A stretch of DNA of 64,000 nucleotides from Lytechinus pictus (Eukaryota): the NCBI RefSeq assembly GCF_037042905.1, contig NC_087251.1, positions 41,418,001-41,482,000 of the forward strand, in the 5' to 3' direction. Numbering within the stretch: position 1 is the stretch's first letter; each line of letters opens with the position of its first letter. Shown here in pieces: positions 40,201 through 55,200 of the stretch. The notes under the pieces are model-generated. The model searched no databases. It had not been told where the DNA came from and was given only the letters and a program-made list of their open reading frames with translations. The position numbers and the translations under genes were made by a program.

Positions 40201-43200
40201 TTTGATGTGTGATAAAACTTGCATATTTGGAGTGTGTTTTTTTTTGTTGAAAATCATGCAGTTTACAAGATGGAATGTGGAATGATTAATTACCATTTTT
40301 GCATAACTGCAGTACAATTAACTGAATGAAAAGCTAAGAAGAAAAAGCAAAGAAAAGCTAATGTATTTCAGGCATTTTGATACTCTTTCTTGAAATTGGA
40401 GTCATTTGTTATTAAATATTAAAAAAAATTGTAATGAATTTGGTTATTAACATTTCAATTTGGATATGATACATGTATAATTGCTTTGAAAGTAAAATAT
40501 ACAGTGTATAACATGTAAAAGCATAGAATATAAAAAATAGCCATTGAGACTTTGGGAACTAGATATCAGTTGTATTATTTTTCCCGAATTTTTTTTAGTT
40601 TAGAAATTTCTCTCATTTGTGAAAGATAGTGTCACCCTTTACATATCACTCCTTAGCAAAATAATAATAATAAATAAATACAAGATACATGTTTGAATAA
40701 CTTTGTTATTTTTAGTACCAAATATATCTTGATTCTTCATTTAGAGGGATAGTAATCTTGGTTTCCATAGTTTAGATGACTTTAGAGTACACAACTCACC
40801 TAACATTTTTCTTTTCCCCAAATAACTCTCTCTCTTACTGCATGATGCCAGTGAATTTCATACCGCCAGGTACTGACCAATTCTTCAATTTTCTTTATTC
40901 TTAAGGGATGTTGCAAGAAAATATTTGCAATCAATTGCAAATTTCCATTCTGTTTCCATTTGCAAATGATAGATCAATTTTAACTGCATGACAAACCAGT
41001 TTACAAGTACACTCCTTGTTGGGATCAGCAGTCGATTTGAAATTTGTAATCAGTTGCAAGACATTTAATTTATTTAGGGGCCCAACGTAGGTTTGCGATT
41101 GATTGTAAGTTTCTTGCAATGCCCCATTACACTGTTTGTTGTGAATGATTAGTTTTGGTGTTTATAAAACTTATTGCTTTACAAGTTGGGCTCAAGTACA
41201 ATATCTTTGAAATCCCATGCATCTTTCACTGCACAGTGCATGCATAACCCCTATGGGATATCAATCATCGTACTTGTGCTTGCAATGAATTGAGCGAAAA
41301 TGTACCCAGTTGTTTTTCCTTAGCCATAGAAGCAAGTGCCATTCTGAACAACACATTCATTTCCGTTTTATCATCATCATCATCACATAACTATGCAGTG
41401 TTGCCACCTCTCTCTTTACATGACCTTTCTTCACATAATGGGTCAGCCACCATCTAAGAAAACATTCAACATTTCAATGTAAACCATAAGATGTATGTCG
41501 TACACTGAATTGATTAACAACTTTCGCATTCCCACACATTAGTGGTTATAATGAACATTTTTTGTGTGTGCGTTTGTTATTGTAATATGTGTTGGTTTGA
41601 AAACAACTAACATTTGCCATTTTTTAGATTTAAATTATATTACTGAATGCAGTCATAAAAACCCTATCAACGACATATACTATATATATACTCCATGTTT
41701 ATCAACACATTTTTTTATTACCACTGATACGTCATTACTTTCATAAATACACTTTGATGTTTATGTATACATGTAGCCTTTTGCACCTCATAGTCTCAAA
41801 GATTAAACACTTGTCACTTAACTTTCTTTGATTCAATAGTACACTTTATTTTTTTTGACACGTGAACAATGTTTGTGAAAAAATTGATATTTAGATTAAC
41901 TTTTATTTTACTTATATTTTTGAATGATATGAAGGCTGTTGAAATGTATTAATATATTTCTGTCTTATAGATGTTTGGTACCGGTATTTATATTTTTTTT
42001 TGTGTGTGTGTCATTTGTTATTTATTGTTTTCTTTGTATTTAAAATGTGTTTGCACTTTCCAATACATATTACTTTACTCTTTGTCTCACTTCCATTATT
42101 TTACTTGTAAATTATGATGATGGATTTGATGATGCTTATTATTAGGTGGTCTGTCATTAAGATGACAGATCACCTATTATATTCGTCAGAATTTTCTTTA
42201 TTTTTATTGCCAAATCTTTGTCCACCTCTATCTCAAAATCGGGCATGTCAATTTCCTTGATTTTCATGTCATGTATGGGCATCATTATGGACATGGGAAT
42301 GGAAACTTTTCAAGGTTATCAAATCATGATGACGTCATCTAGGCGCCATTTTGTAAAATTAAATGATTGATCATATCATCGCAACTAATCATCAAAAATC
42401 ATCCATATTTGCATCATATCAAGTTCAGGTGACAGGTCATCAGGACATATCATCAGAGGTCATGCAAAGGTCACGACGCGCACATACGCGCGCGTCAAAA
42501 TTTTAAATTTCCCCAAATCGACCGTGGTCAAGTTTGGGTACGTTTCTGGTCATTTTGAGCATGTCAAGAATTTGCGCGCGCACAGGTATGCGTGCGCGTT
42601 CTTGCACCTACCATCGTTATGCATCTTCGAGTCATCATTTCTTTCATGTCTTTCCATTGTTCATTATCTTCTGATTAATTTGATACCTCATTCAGCCTCT
42701 TACGACCAATAATACGGGAATGCGCGTCCATTCAAATTTGCATTACGCGCGCGTAAATGGGCTAAAATATGCCTATATAAAATTCACTGTAGCTCTTCAG
42801 GGAGTCCGTTGACCCCAAATTTTTTCTCACTCTTTTATATATTCAATATTTCATTTGGAGATTTTGTAATTACGTCAATTTTAAGTTATTAGTGAAAATT
42901 ACATATTTCCGCAACAAACGTCAATGACTTGACCGTATCTTCGTTTTTACTGGTCAGTTTTCTTCCAAATTTTGATATCGTATAGTGAAGACAATTCTCT
43001 ACAAATAACGTGTGAATAATTTTGACTTTTGACCACAGCATCAATGTGTTATGATGTGTTTAAATTTTTGCAAATTTTTTCTGGACGTAATTTTTGAGAA
43101 ATTCTTTAGAGAAATGTTTTATTAACCAATTGTACAGTCTTCCTGAAAATTTCAAGCCCACTTGCCTTGCATTTTTTTATGTAGGACAATTTTTGTAATT

Positions 43201-46200
43201 TTGCCGGAACTTTTTAAGGGGCAATTTTAACATTGTAAAACATCATTTATGTATTTTTTAGTAAACGCTGCAATATTTAAACGCTATTGGGTTGAAAATT
43301 TTCATTCCGGACATTTGCGGAAATTCCTGGATTTTTTTCTGTTTGTTCATTTTTACTTAATATAACATATAACAAATTTTCAGGTACCTTCTGTGAAATG
43401 AAAAAATTGTGCAATTTAGTTAATTACACATGTTCCCGAAATTTTGCGGGAAAATTGCCAGTATTTGAATCTTTTACCTGACTTTTTTTCAGTAAAAATC
43501 ATCAAGAAAGAATTTTCAAGTAAATGTCAAAGTCATACACAATTAATAAATGGATATTGAAAATTTTTGACGGAAAATATTATTTGAAATGTTTAAAAAT
43601 TTTCAGAAATTTGGCAAACATTTACAAAAAAATCTGGTTCTTTTATCAAATACATCACTCATGAGTTTTGAGGTGAATGCTGTGAAATTATAGCATTATG
43701 AAACTTCTCATTAAAATCTATTGAAATGTAGCAAAAAATTTGAACAAAAATATTTAAGATATTTTAGCTTTTAAAAAGTATCACCTATGAATTTTCAAGT
43801 ATTCTGTGAAATTAATACCCACTGACATTGTGAAATGTCAGTGGGTGAAATTAAAAAAAAAATGCTCAAAGTACAAAGAATTTTTAACAAGAATTTGCAT
43901 AAAAAACATCAAACTGTCGATTAAAAATTAGCTGCTGTGAAAATTAAGGCGCCTTTCATTGCGCAATTTTGGAAAGCCAATTTCGGTAAAATCGTCTGAG
44001 ATTTTTGGAGAGTTTTTAAGCCGGCATTTTACGTGCTCCTAACTTTATTTCGTATTTAACATATTGCATTATCACCACCATCATTATAATCATCACGATT
44101 GTCATCACTACATTTATAATCACATTTAGCAATGGTCAAAATTTATTCCTTTGATGTCTATGATCAAGATTATCAATCATATCTGAATGATTCATTCCCG
44201 GGATTCATTTTATACAACATTAGCCGACAATGAATGAAAAATCATGACAGACCACCTAATTCGTCCGCATGACGAATTAAAATCTAGTTATTTTTTATTT
44301 TTTTATTTTATTTTCATTTTTATTTTTATTTTATTTATTTTTATTTATTTATTTATTCATTTATTTATTTATTCATTCATTCACTCGTTCGTTCGTTTGT
44401 TCGTTCGTTCATTTATTTATTTATTTATTTATTCTCTCTTTTTTTGGGGGGGTAATGATGTTTTGGTTCGGACTGACCATAAGTATGACACTGGTCATGC
44501 GCACAATGCTCAATCTAGTCATACCAGTCAGAATATGGTTCCAGTTTATAAAGACATAAAAATTGCAAAATCTTTATAACAAATTTACTATCAGCCAATC
44601 AGATTGAAGGATTTCAGTAGCTTTCAACTGTATTTGAAAATTTTTTATAATAACAGGTTTTATGAAACATGCCCCAGATGTTTACTCGAAAATTTGAGTA
44701 TTGCATGCACGTATTTTGATCATCAGAGCTATATGCAGACCCAGACCCTTGGTTTTCACAATTCGCAGAGTGCATAATGCAAGAGTCTGAAGTAGTGAGA
44801 CTAGATTCACTATGTACTGTGGCTGGCTCTACCAAGGACACAGACAGAACCTTTTAGCAACTAGTCTTCACTCTAGATGTAGTATATTTGGATAAAACGT
44901 GTCAAATAGGAGTCTGTTCTTGCAGACTAATCTGAAGCAATGACAAAATTTGAGTCACTTACTTCAAGACATGTGGTATTAGGTTTTTTTTTTGCGAATT
45001 GAACCCAAGGGGGCAATATAACCATGTCTAATTGGCAGTGATGGGTTGAAGATGCCTCAATAATTCAGAAAATTAAGAGAATTCAAGTTTGTTGTTCTGC
45101 TAATTGACACGAGGAATACTTTAAGCTTTGATTTGAACAAACTTGATTCGAATCTCACCCATGCGTTTAGGGGAGCTCAGCATATATGTCATTTTTCCTG
45201 TGTGTTGGTTAACATTTTAAGTTTATTATTTGAATTTACAAAGCATTTGCCTTATCTAATCATTTTTACTCATTGGAATTGTGTTGTGCTTTTGTTGTCT
45301 TGGTATATGCATTTTAATTGTATGCATTGTGTCTTGTGCCAATTTTAGCACTTTTGGGATTTGCTTTTCAGCATTTAGGCCTATTAATTTTTGATTTCTT
45401 AATGTGAACTAATATGATGTTTATCGAGGTTCAAATTTGGTAAGAGTGCCTTAGCCGCAAGTTGAAAAATATGCTATTGAAAAAAATATTATAAATTCAC
45501 ATTCTGGTCAAAATATATATTTTACCAACTTCACTTTAATTGACAAGTATATATTTTTAATTTTGGAGGAACCCCCCCCCCCAAAAAAAAAAAAAATATA
45601 TATATTTGCATGGTGGAGTTTATAAAGTGGAGAAGGTTTGCTGGTTCACCATGTGTAATATGAAGAAGGGAAGGACATACAGACGGAACGATTAAAATGG
45701 AAAGACGAGAAAGGATGAAAAGAGAAAATTAGAAGTATTCTTTTCTTGAAAGTGAGTGCAGTCCTGAAAAGGACTGTCGCTACTCAAGCCATATTCAGCT
45801 CATCTCATCTGGTTTACAGTCCTTTTGGGAGTGTTCAATAATAATTGTACACCGTGTGTTTGCTACATGTACATGGTTAAAATTTGAGTACACATCAAGT
45901 TTTCACAAGATGTCTGAGACAAGAACATTACAAAAGGAACCTTCCTTTTGGCCTATGAAGTCACACTCTTTCTCTTTTCAACAAATTATTTACACTGGCC
46001 TGGTTGACATAGCGTCATTGTAGTAGTCTGGTAGATTTAATTGTCTGCTACTGCCGCTATGTTTGTTCATGACCACACAATGCAAACATATCATTGTGAA
46101 GGCACTCCAGTAATATGTGTAAGGCTCATGTTAATCTGATGCTTGTATTCGAAGATTGCTCAAAATGTGAGCTTTGTTGTAACTACTCATTCATGTTCAA

Positions 46201-49200
46201 ATATCTTAGGGGAAATTCTCATAAGAAATGGCCTTGCAAAAGTAATCACATTGATTCGTCTTTAAAGATTTTATATCTAGTAGGACCGAGCATCAATATT
46301 CTTGAAGTAAATTGTGATTATTTCACCATATTTGGGGGGGGGGGATGGTACTAAAGCGGAGGATGAAAGTTGTATTCATCTTTATTTCATTTAATATCCA
46401 CTTAGTCTTACACCTTTCAATCTATGTGGTTATATAATTATACTGTTTATTAACCAACTTTTTATTTGACATAGTACAAAATGATTAAGGAGATGAAGTG
46501 GAAATAAGACCATCTAGACATTGCACTGAATCGAAATTTGGTATCAGACCGAGTGAAGACCAAATGGCAATTAGACCAGCCCAGACTTAGACCAAATGGG
46601 TAATAGCTATTACTCTAGCTGAGAAGTATGCATGTACCAAATGCTTTTATACAAAGTGAGAATAGAGACTTATGAAATGGTCAAGTAGGTATCACCTTGA
46701 CTAGTACGAATTGGATTGAATGACAAACAGTTCACTATACGGTAGTGCAAGATTGTTGTCACTTTCGCTCGGAGCAACCATATTACTACACAAAGATGCC
46801 TGGATGGTATGGAGTTGCTAGGCATTCTAGACAAACACAATACAAGAGGGCTACTCTTTGACATCATTGTTCAAAATCATTAGTGATGAAGGGGAAATAT
46901 TGCCTGCTCTGTAGAAGAGATGGTGATTATGCGTTTCTGGCACAAAGCCGGTGTTTGTGATTGATTTAAAGGCAGAGTCCAAAGTAATTAAGAAATACAA
47001 AGAACCCATTCAAGATTGATAACGATGATATTCAGGGCTTTAATTAATAAAAACTGAAAGTGTTTGTAAAATTGTTATCACTAATGTGTGTCTTTGTTAT
47101 TCCTTTCTGTAGTTTATATCGAATGATACAAGTTTATTGCAGTGTGAAGTTCCATGTAGTAATTTTGTGCACTGATCTCATTCTGAACATATTTCACAGT
47201 TGACTTATTTCCAAGGAGAGATATCAATAAGTGTGAAAGTTTATTTGATGAATAATTTACACATTGCAGTTGACGGTCGACCTTCCATGAAAATAATAAT
47301 TCCTTCCTTTTAATCTCACGCACCAATGCCTGTACTTTTTATTATTTTTTATACCGATTTCAGCTTTAGAAAATGCGTGATCCCTAGTTATATTCTTTCC
47401 TGATATTGCCCGATTTAACATAAATTCCAAACTCTATGCACATTAACAAAGATTTTCTTCCATTAAAGGCCTTTGAAGTGTTTTTTTTTTTTTGTGTTGT
47501 TTTCTTGACTTTAGTTATTAAATTATTTTGGGTGCTTATTTCATTGGAAAATACATCAGTATTGATGCCCATGAAAGTACACTCATAGAGATTAAAGTAA
47601 AAGCGCCTCATGGAAGATTTCGATTACCAAAAATAAATCTCAACAATTCCTGCGTCTTCATCGGTACTGTATATGATATGTATACCACAATACTCTAGTT
47701 CCCTGCATCCATTTAACATTTAAACACCATCATCATTTTTCACTTAAAAATTATCTACTGCATTTATATTCGTACAGATCTGATTGTCGCTTACCGGCAT
47801 ATTTTTTTTTCAAAGCTTTTTAGGTGATTTATGAGAAAAGTACCGGTACTCTTTCTTTTTTTCTTTTCAACCTTTGTTTACTTCAGATGAAAAAAAAACA
47901 ACCTGAGAATTATTACAGACTGCAACTATTAACTGTGCATGTTCAATATAGAATACTCTTTTGTACTCAACTACCCATACAATGAAACTAGATCATGAAT
48001 AGCTCTATGGCATAGAAAAAATGCAAATCTAAAAAGTAATGAAATTGAATCATTAAAAAATAAAGAAGACTTCTGTGACCATGGGAAAGGGTGTCTAGCA
48101 GAGTTGTAAGCGTGCCAATATTGATAGAGTGTATAGTAATATTTGTGAGACTACATTTATACATATTATCTTATCCTTGTCTGTGATTCAGTTCAATTCA
48201 TAATCATACTTTGTAATACATTTCCAGTCTCCTGTTTTGCATGGGTTTTCTACAGTCATTATTCAGAAATATGATTTGCATGTGATGTTATCATTAATGA
48301 TGCAATGTATTAATTTTGTATTTGTTATGATGCACTACACTAAACCTTTTTTAGTTCTCAATTGAGCATTTTTATATTCTTCTGCTTTCCAATAACTAAC
48401 AACAACAGAAGAAACTTTCAAAAAATTATTTGGTTAATGTAATATTTATTGTTGTCATTGTAATGTTTATTGTTGTTATTGTCATGTTTATTTGAGTAAT
48501 GGAGAGTTTTTTGTTTTTTTACATTTTCTATTATTGTTTCTTGTATTTTGGTTTTTCTTTTAACGTGGGATAGTAATTTGCTTTCGTATCTCACTCTGCC
48601 AAGGAAATCATGTGAATGAAATCTTGAGCTCACTCAAATGAAAATTAAATTTGTTAAAATGATCTTTTTTTCTTCATTTTAGATACCTGCACACAGACGA
48701 TCATTCCTTTAGTTCGTAAATTTTGTGAGAATGCCATGAACAATGAAGATTCTACCCTACCCTCTGTTGCTAAGCAGTTCGGAAGGTTATGCCATGGGTT
48801 GTCAGGTGAGAAAACAAAGCAACTCACTCAGCTTTCTTAAAGGGGAATCCAACCCAAATAAAAACTTGTTTTTATAAGGAAAAGAAAAATCAGACAAGTT
48901 GATAGGTGAAAGTTTGAACAATTTTGGACAAACAACAAGAAAGTTATACATTTTTAAAAGTTGTAAATATTGGTAATCACTATACCCATGGAGACTTCAA
49001 ATTGGCCGCATATGGGATGGCATAGTGATGTAAGGCAAGGACTACTCTTCCATGTACTCCAATACATATTATGGCTAAAATGTCATTTTCCCCAAAAGTT
49101 TTATTTCAAATTATATTTTTCTATCATGAGGACATAAAATAATATACTACCTGGGTTATATTTAGATTACTGCCCCAGGGGAATGGGTACTTAGGAGAAA

Positions 49201-52200
49201 ACCACAAATCCCTGATAATAAAGTGCATGGCCTATGGGAAAGTTGTCCTTGCCCCTTGTCATAATTTACTTACCCAGTTACCAATTTGAAATCTACATAG
49301 TATTAGTGATCTCAATTTTAAAGCAGCTATAACTTTCTTATTGCTTGACCGATTTCTTTCAAACTTTCACCATTCTGTTTAAATTATTTTTCTTCTTCCC
49401 AACACAACATTTTATGGCCAAGGCTGGATTCCCCTTTAAGGGGGTTTCTAACTGAGCAGTGAATGATTGCGAACATAGTGAATTTCAGATTTTGCCAGGG
49501 TTCGTAAAAGGTTGCAAAAGTTTTGTAAAAGTGTTGCAAGAAAGCTTGTAAACAGTGTTCATTGTTGCAAACAGTTTTTCTTGTTGCAAAGAAATATTGA
49601 ACCAGTTCAAAAATGTCTTAGCGAATCTATTAGATGGCATCACTGAAGTTCTTTTTCATTTGCCTATATGCTAGCGACCCCATGACCATATATGGTTCTT
49701 GTATTAAGTCGACCCACAGAGATAAAAATTGCATCGAATGTTTGAAAACTTTTAATTGTTCATTTCAAAACAGTTCGCAAAGCAATTTTGATGTCCCAAA
49801 AGAACATTCATAAGCATTTGCAACACTAATCAGGAAACTTTGCTAATCCAAATATTGCAACATTCGTAAGCATTTGCTGCTCAGTGAGATACCCCCTCTT
49901 AAATGCTCATACTTGCTTCTGAAAAGTCAAGGTTTTTGTCTTCAGTCATCATGCGGTGTGCGGTATGCGGTGTCTTGTACATATTTGATTCTATATACTT
50001 TGCCAATCAGAAGATTCAGTAAGTTTGATATTAATTTGATTTTTCATTGCAGTTTGAATAGAATGTATTCATGTATGTTAAAAGTAAATTCTTGTATTTC
50101 CCCTTTTCACTTAATGTAGTAAATCTTACAGAAGAATTAAAACTTTGGTTCATGAAGTATTACTACAAGCTGTGTTCTTTAGGGCTGAATGAGAAAAGCA
50201 TCAGCAATGATAGATTGGTGAGTTTATTTAGTTTTCTCTTAAAAAACTGAAATTATCTTTTATTTTGTTGTGAATATTCCCTTTATAATTGTTTTAAATT
50301 TATTCAATCTCCCAAAAGTGTAATAATTATAATGCTTCATTTAAGTAATTCTGATACATAAATTTGGAATAAATTGCAGAGTAGAAGCATACCACAGCTT
50401 TGACTTCAATTCTTCTACTCTTTGGAGCTAATGGCTACAATGAACATTGGAGCATTCCATAAAGATTTTTCTCTGTGATTTTCACCCACGTATGTTGAAA
50501 GTTACTGAAAATCCCTTCACCTGATTGGCTAAGAGCAAATTAGTCAGTGAAGATCACTGATAAAACTCTTCATGAGGTGCTCCTCTGAAGGTATCTTCAA
50601 GAAAGACATCATTATCCACAGACTTCACCCATGAGAGCAATTACTTGCTTGTAATTTAATGGTGTAGAGCAATTAAGCTAAGTTTATGACTCTCTGTAAG
50701 ATGCTAATTGGAATGTGAAAGTACCCTTGATGCCTGTTTACACTGAGAATGAGCTCCCGTGGGAGGAGTTTGTTGTGTAATTAATTTCATTCTTTGTGAT
50801 GAGGTTGGGTTGCTAACGGTGATGAAATAGACAGGAAATTATAAGTAATCTCATATTGAACTCCTGTGACTTCTTCTTGATAAAACTTATTAGTTCTTGG
50901 ATTTGATAAAAGGCTATGGGGCTGCCTGCTCTTGCTTCTACTATAACTTTTTTTTTCTTTATTGAGGTTTTAAAGTAATTTCAGTAAGGGTAATCTTATA
51001 AATATTTGTGTTTCTACCTATCAAGTTTCCTTTTTGATTTAGGAAAGAGTGATTGGAGGATATTAATCTGGTGAAATAGAGGGTCAGGGGTGGGGGCTGA
51101 GGGTGCTTCAGCCCCCTCACCTTGTTCAGTATAAAATATGCGCGAAAACATAAAACTATTTGTTTGCATGTCATCTCCCAATAATCAAAACCTTTATTGG
51201 CCTCTGCAGTAGGACTTACAAATGTGCTGAGTTCGATATCCGCAAGTTTTAACCATTATTTTATCTACATGTACAAACCAGTGCCCTGGCCTTGGATGTC
51301 GGTATTTATTCATTCACATGTATTTGCGAATGATGAAGATTTGGCTCTTTATTGTGTTATCCCCATTCTGTTTTGACCTTTCTATTTAAGTCACAACCAC
51401 TATAACAATATAATGACTTAATAAGGTTATATATCATAACCTTTCATTAAGTTGAAAGGATAGGACCATTAGAGATGGTATAAGAATGATATGTTTTGTG
51501 GTATTTTGCTTAGGAGCAGTCAGGTGCATCATCTAATAGCTCCACTAAGGTGACTATTACTTAGATGGTGTGATATTAACAAACTCTCTTTGCTGTGATG
51601 GGATGCTGCTTAATATATATTTTCCTACTAATAACTATCCTGTCTGTTTTCATAATTCTCACCATGCCCCATTTTTCTCAGATATATACATATCGTTGTG
51701 TACGTTTATACTGTTTCTGATTTAATTGCAGTGTTTTTTTTAATACATCATTTAATTCTCTGTCTAAATTTGTGTCAAATTCATAAATTTACTTCTTTTT
51801 TATATTATCAATAAGTTTTAGATAACCTATTTGATCAGACATGACCAATGAATTTAAGGAAATTAAAGGCAGTTGCAATTTGTGCTTCCTATTTGCATGT
51901 AAGCTGTAATTGCTCCCTGAATGAGTATGTCTATTGACACGGTGAATCTTATATTACCATATCAATCCATTTACTTGACTCCCTATAATACCGTAGTCTT
52001 CTTGTTGATGTTAGATCTCAATAGGAACTAGTCAATCTTGTTGAGTGTCACCATGTAAGATCTGTAGGGGAAGGCGGGGTAAGTTGAGCATAGGGGCAAG
52101 TTGAGCCACCACCCCCAGGCCAATAATGAATGAGTCAGACATTATGGCAGTGTCATGTATTGATGACCCATTACATAACCCTTAACCCCACCACATTTTT

Positions 52201-55200
52201 TTCAACTTTGAAACAAAAAGTACTTTTTAGAGGGAAAAATACAAATTTCAGCCAAAAAGGTAAAAAAGGGTGTTTTTTACACACAGACGTCTTTACATAT
52301 AACAAGACATAAGAACAACATTGTCAGTCCAGGTATGGATCTTCATTCTTGTCACAGTCTTTTACATGATGGATGCATAAGAAATGTGTGGACGCGAAAT
52401 TATCGCATTAAGTTCGGACTGGGGTAAGTTGAGCCATGGTAATTCTTATGGTAATGTAAATAAAAAAACAATCAAACCTTAAAAAGCCATCGATATGCAG
52501 GCAGAAAAGAGCAAATTCACATGGCAGTTCTTTACTTTTAGAGAATGTTAGTATTTATAGAGAATTAGCAAGTGAAAAGACTTTAAATAAAAAATTGACA
52601 TGCTGGTTCTACCCGCATACATGTGGCTCAACTTACCCTAGAAGGTGGCACAACTTACCCCACAGATGGGGCAAGTTGTGCAACTTGACATCGTTTTTTT
52701 CAAAGGTCACAACGACTTTCAGGGTGGGGGTAGAACGTTGTATATAGGTGAAAAAGATTTCCCAATAATCATATTTAAAGGCAAGGTACTTATTTCTACA
52801 ATATTATTAGTCATATCAATTCTATCATGCAAAATGCAAAAAGTGTCACAACTTACCCCGCCTTCCCCTATAGAGCAAGGCTTTTAAGGGCTTGGTATAT
52901 CTGTTTCTTTAAGGGGCAATCACACATCATCGGTTTAGATGGTGGTTCTTTGCAGTTTGCCTGAAAAGTTTGATGCAATCAGACCCCCTTTACAACAGAG
53001 TTTGCCCATTTTGGTTTCAATAGGTTACGACACGGTGTGTATTGCTTTGTTAAGCAAGCATAATTGAAAGAAATGTGAAATGTTGTAACCAACTCAAAGC
53101 AAATTGGCCTTATGGGCTCTAAATCTAATTGCATTCAGTTTTCAGGGACAAACTGTAATGAACCCGCATCTAAAGGAGTGAAGTGCGATTGCCTATTCAC
53201 AGTGACTTGATAAATAATGCTGACTACCAAACAACCTTTATAACAAAAGACCAACATACTATACAAGTCCTCTACACCATTCAACCATTATTAAAGGACA
53301 AGTCCACCTGAACAAAAAGTTGATTTGAATAAAACGAGAAAAATCCAACAAGCATAACACTGAAAATGTCATCAAAATCTGATGTAAAATAAGAAAGTTA
53401 TGACATTCTAAAGTTTTGCTTAATTTCACAAAACAGTTATATGCACATCCTGTTCGTTATGCAAATGAGGGCAGGGGGTGATGACATTCACTCACTATTA
53501 TGTATTTTATTGTATGAAATATGACATATTCAAATTTTCTCCCCGTTGTCCTATGAAACAAATGTTTATTCCTCCCTGAACATGTGGTACTACCATTATT
53601 TTAACATTATATGGTTCAGTCAAGTTGGGCCTTATAGTCAAATCTGTAAAAATTAGAATATTGTATAATTCAAACAATAAAAATAAAAGAAATAGTGAGT
53701 GAGGGACATCATCCACTCTCTCATTTGCATGTCACTGAGTTGTTCATATTAAACTGTTTTGTGAAAAATAAGCGAAACTTTAAATTGTTGTAACTTTCTT
53801 ATTTTACATCCGACTTTGATGAAATTTTCAGTGTTATGCGCGTGTGATTTTTCTCTATTGATTAAAATCAACATTTTTCTGGGGTGGACTTGACCTTTAA
53901 ATACGTGGTATATTGCTGGATGATTGTTCTTGGAGCTATGTAGGTTAGGTTCAATAATGGGGATGTACTTCATGAAACAAGATGACGTTCATGGATGATT
54001 TTGCCCTGAACCAATCAGATGCAATGATTTCAGTAGCTTATAACAAGTTGCCTGAGAAAATCACAGACTATTTTGTCCGTGAAATGCTTCCCAGGGTATT
54101 TGACACCACAAGGTCACTCGTGTAATCTTTCAAGGTTAGGTGGTTATGATACACTTGGGTGATTCTTAGTATGGTACAGTTTTTGATCTGTAATGCAACT
54201 TGTGTCACATAAAAATATGTAGCACAAATGCTTGAACTGTGATGTCACAAAGGGAGAGAAGTTAGATACCCTCTGTACTTTGCCTTATTGCATCTCTCTA
54301 AAATCTAAAATCACTTCATAATGTGATATGAAGGTAGCTGTGAGAATTTGCATGCAACCAGGAAAATGGCTTGTCAAAAGAGTTGTGCTATAAATTCCAC
54401 TCGAAAATAAATATACTTTTGATGACCCTGGAGCCTTGAATCTGGTTGTTTGGTGATATTAAAGAGTATGATTTTATTTTGTTAAACATAAAGTTGTATC
54501 TCTGAGCTTGAATTTTACCCAATTTATCTATAACTCGCGTCAAATATTGTAATTAAGACTCGAACTAAACTTACGGATGTAAGATTTTATTTTAACAAAT
54601 TGAAGTTTGTGATATAAAAAATGATAATAATAATAATATACTGATCATTCTTAGGTTGAGGAGTTAATTTGCTATTAATGTGTACATGAACTTGTAGTTC
54701 AGACTATGATATGTTTTAAATCATATGATTTTACTTTTCATTTGAAAGAATGTTATTTTGAAGATGTTAGTTTATATTTTATATGACTTGCCCATCATTT
54801 ATGCAGTAATATGTTGTTTTTTCGATAAAAAGTAGATAATTACTCTGATGGACTCTATATTCTATAATCATCTCATTTATTAATTTTATTTACTGCTAGA
54901 GTTTTAAGTTACAGTATGCTGCATTTCAGCTACAGTTGTAAACATAAAGGTGATTAGGGCTGCATTTATGCTACGTCAAGTGCGAATCACAAACATGAAT
55001 CATAATTTAAAAACACCAACCTTAATCATGGTAACTGCAGAATCAGTTTTAATAGTTTATCCTCTCTCCAACACTGTTTCTCACTTCAGGCCTAGCCAAT
55101 GCACCTCATAGTTTGACCCATAAATTATATGTCAAATTCAATGCAGGTTTCAATATTGCAAAAGATACACAACATTGATTGCCAATACATGTGTGTGGCT

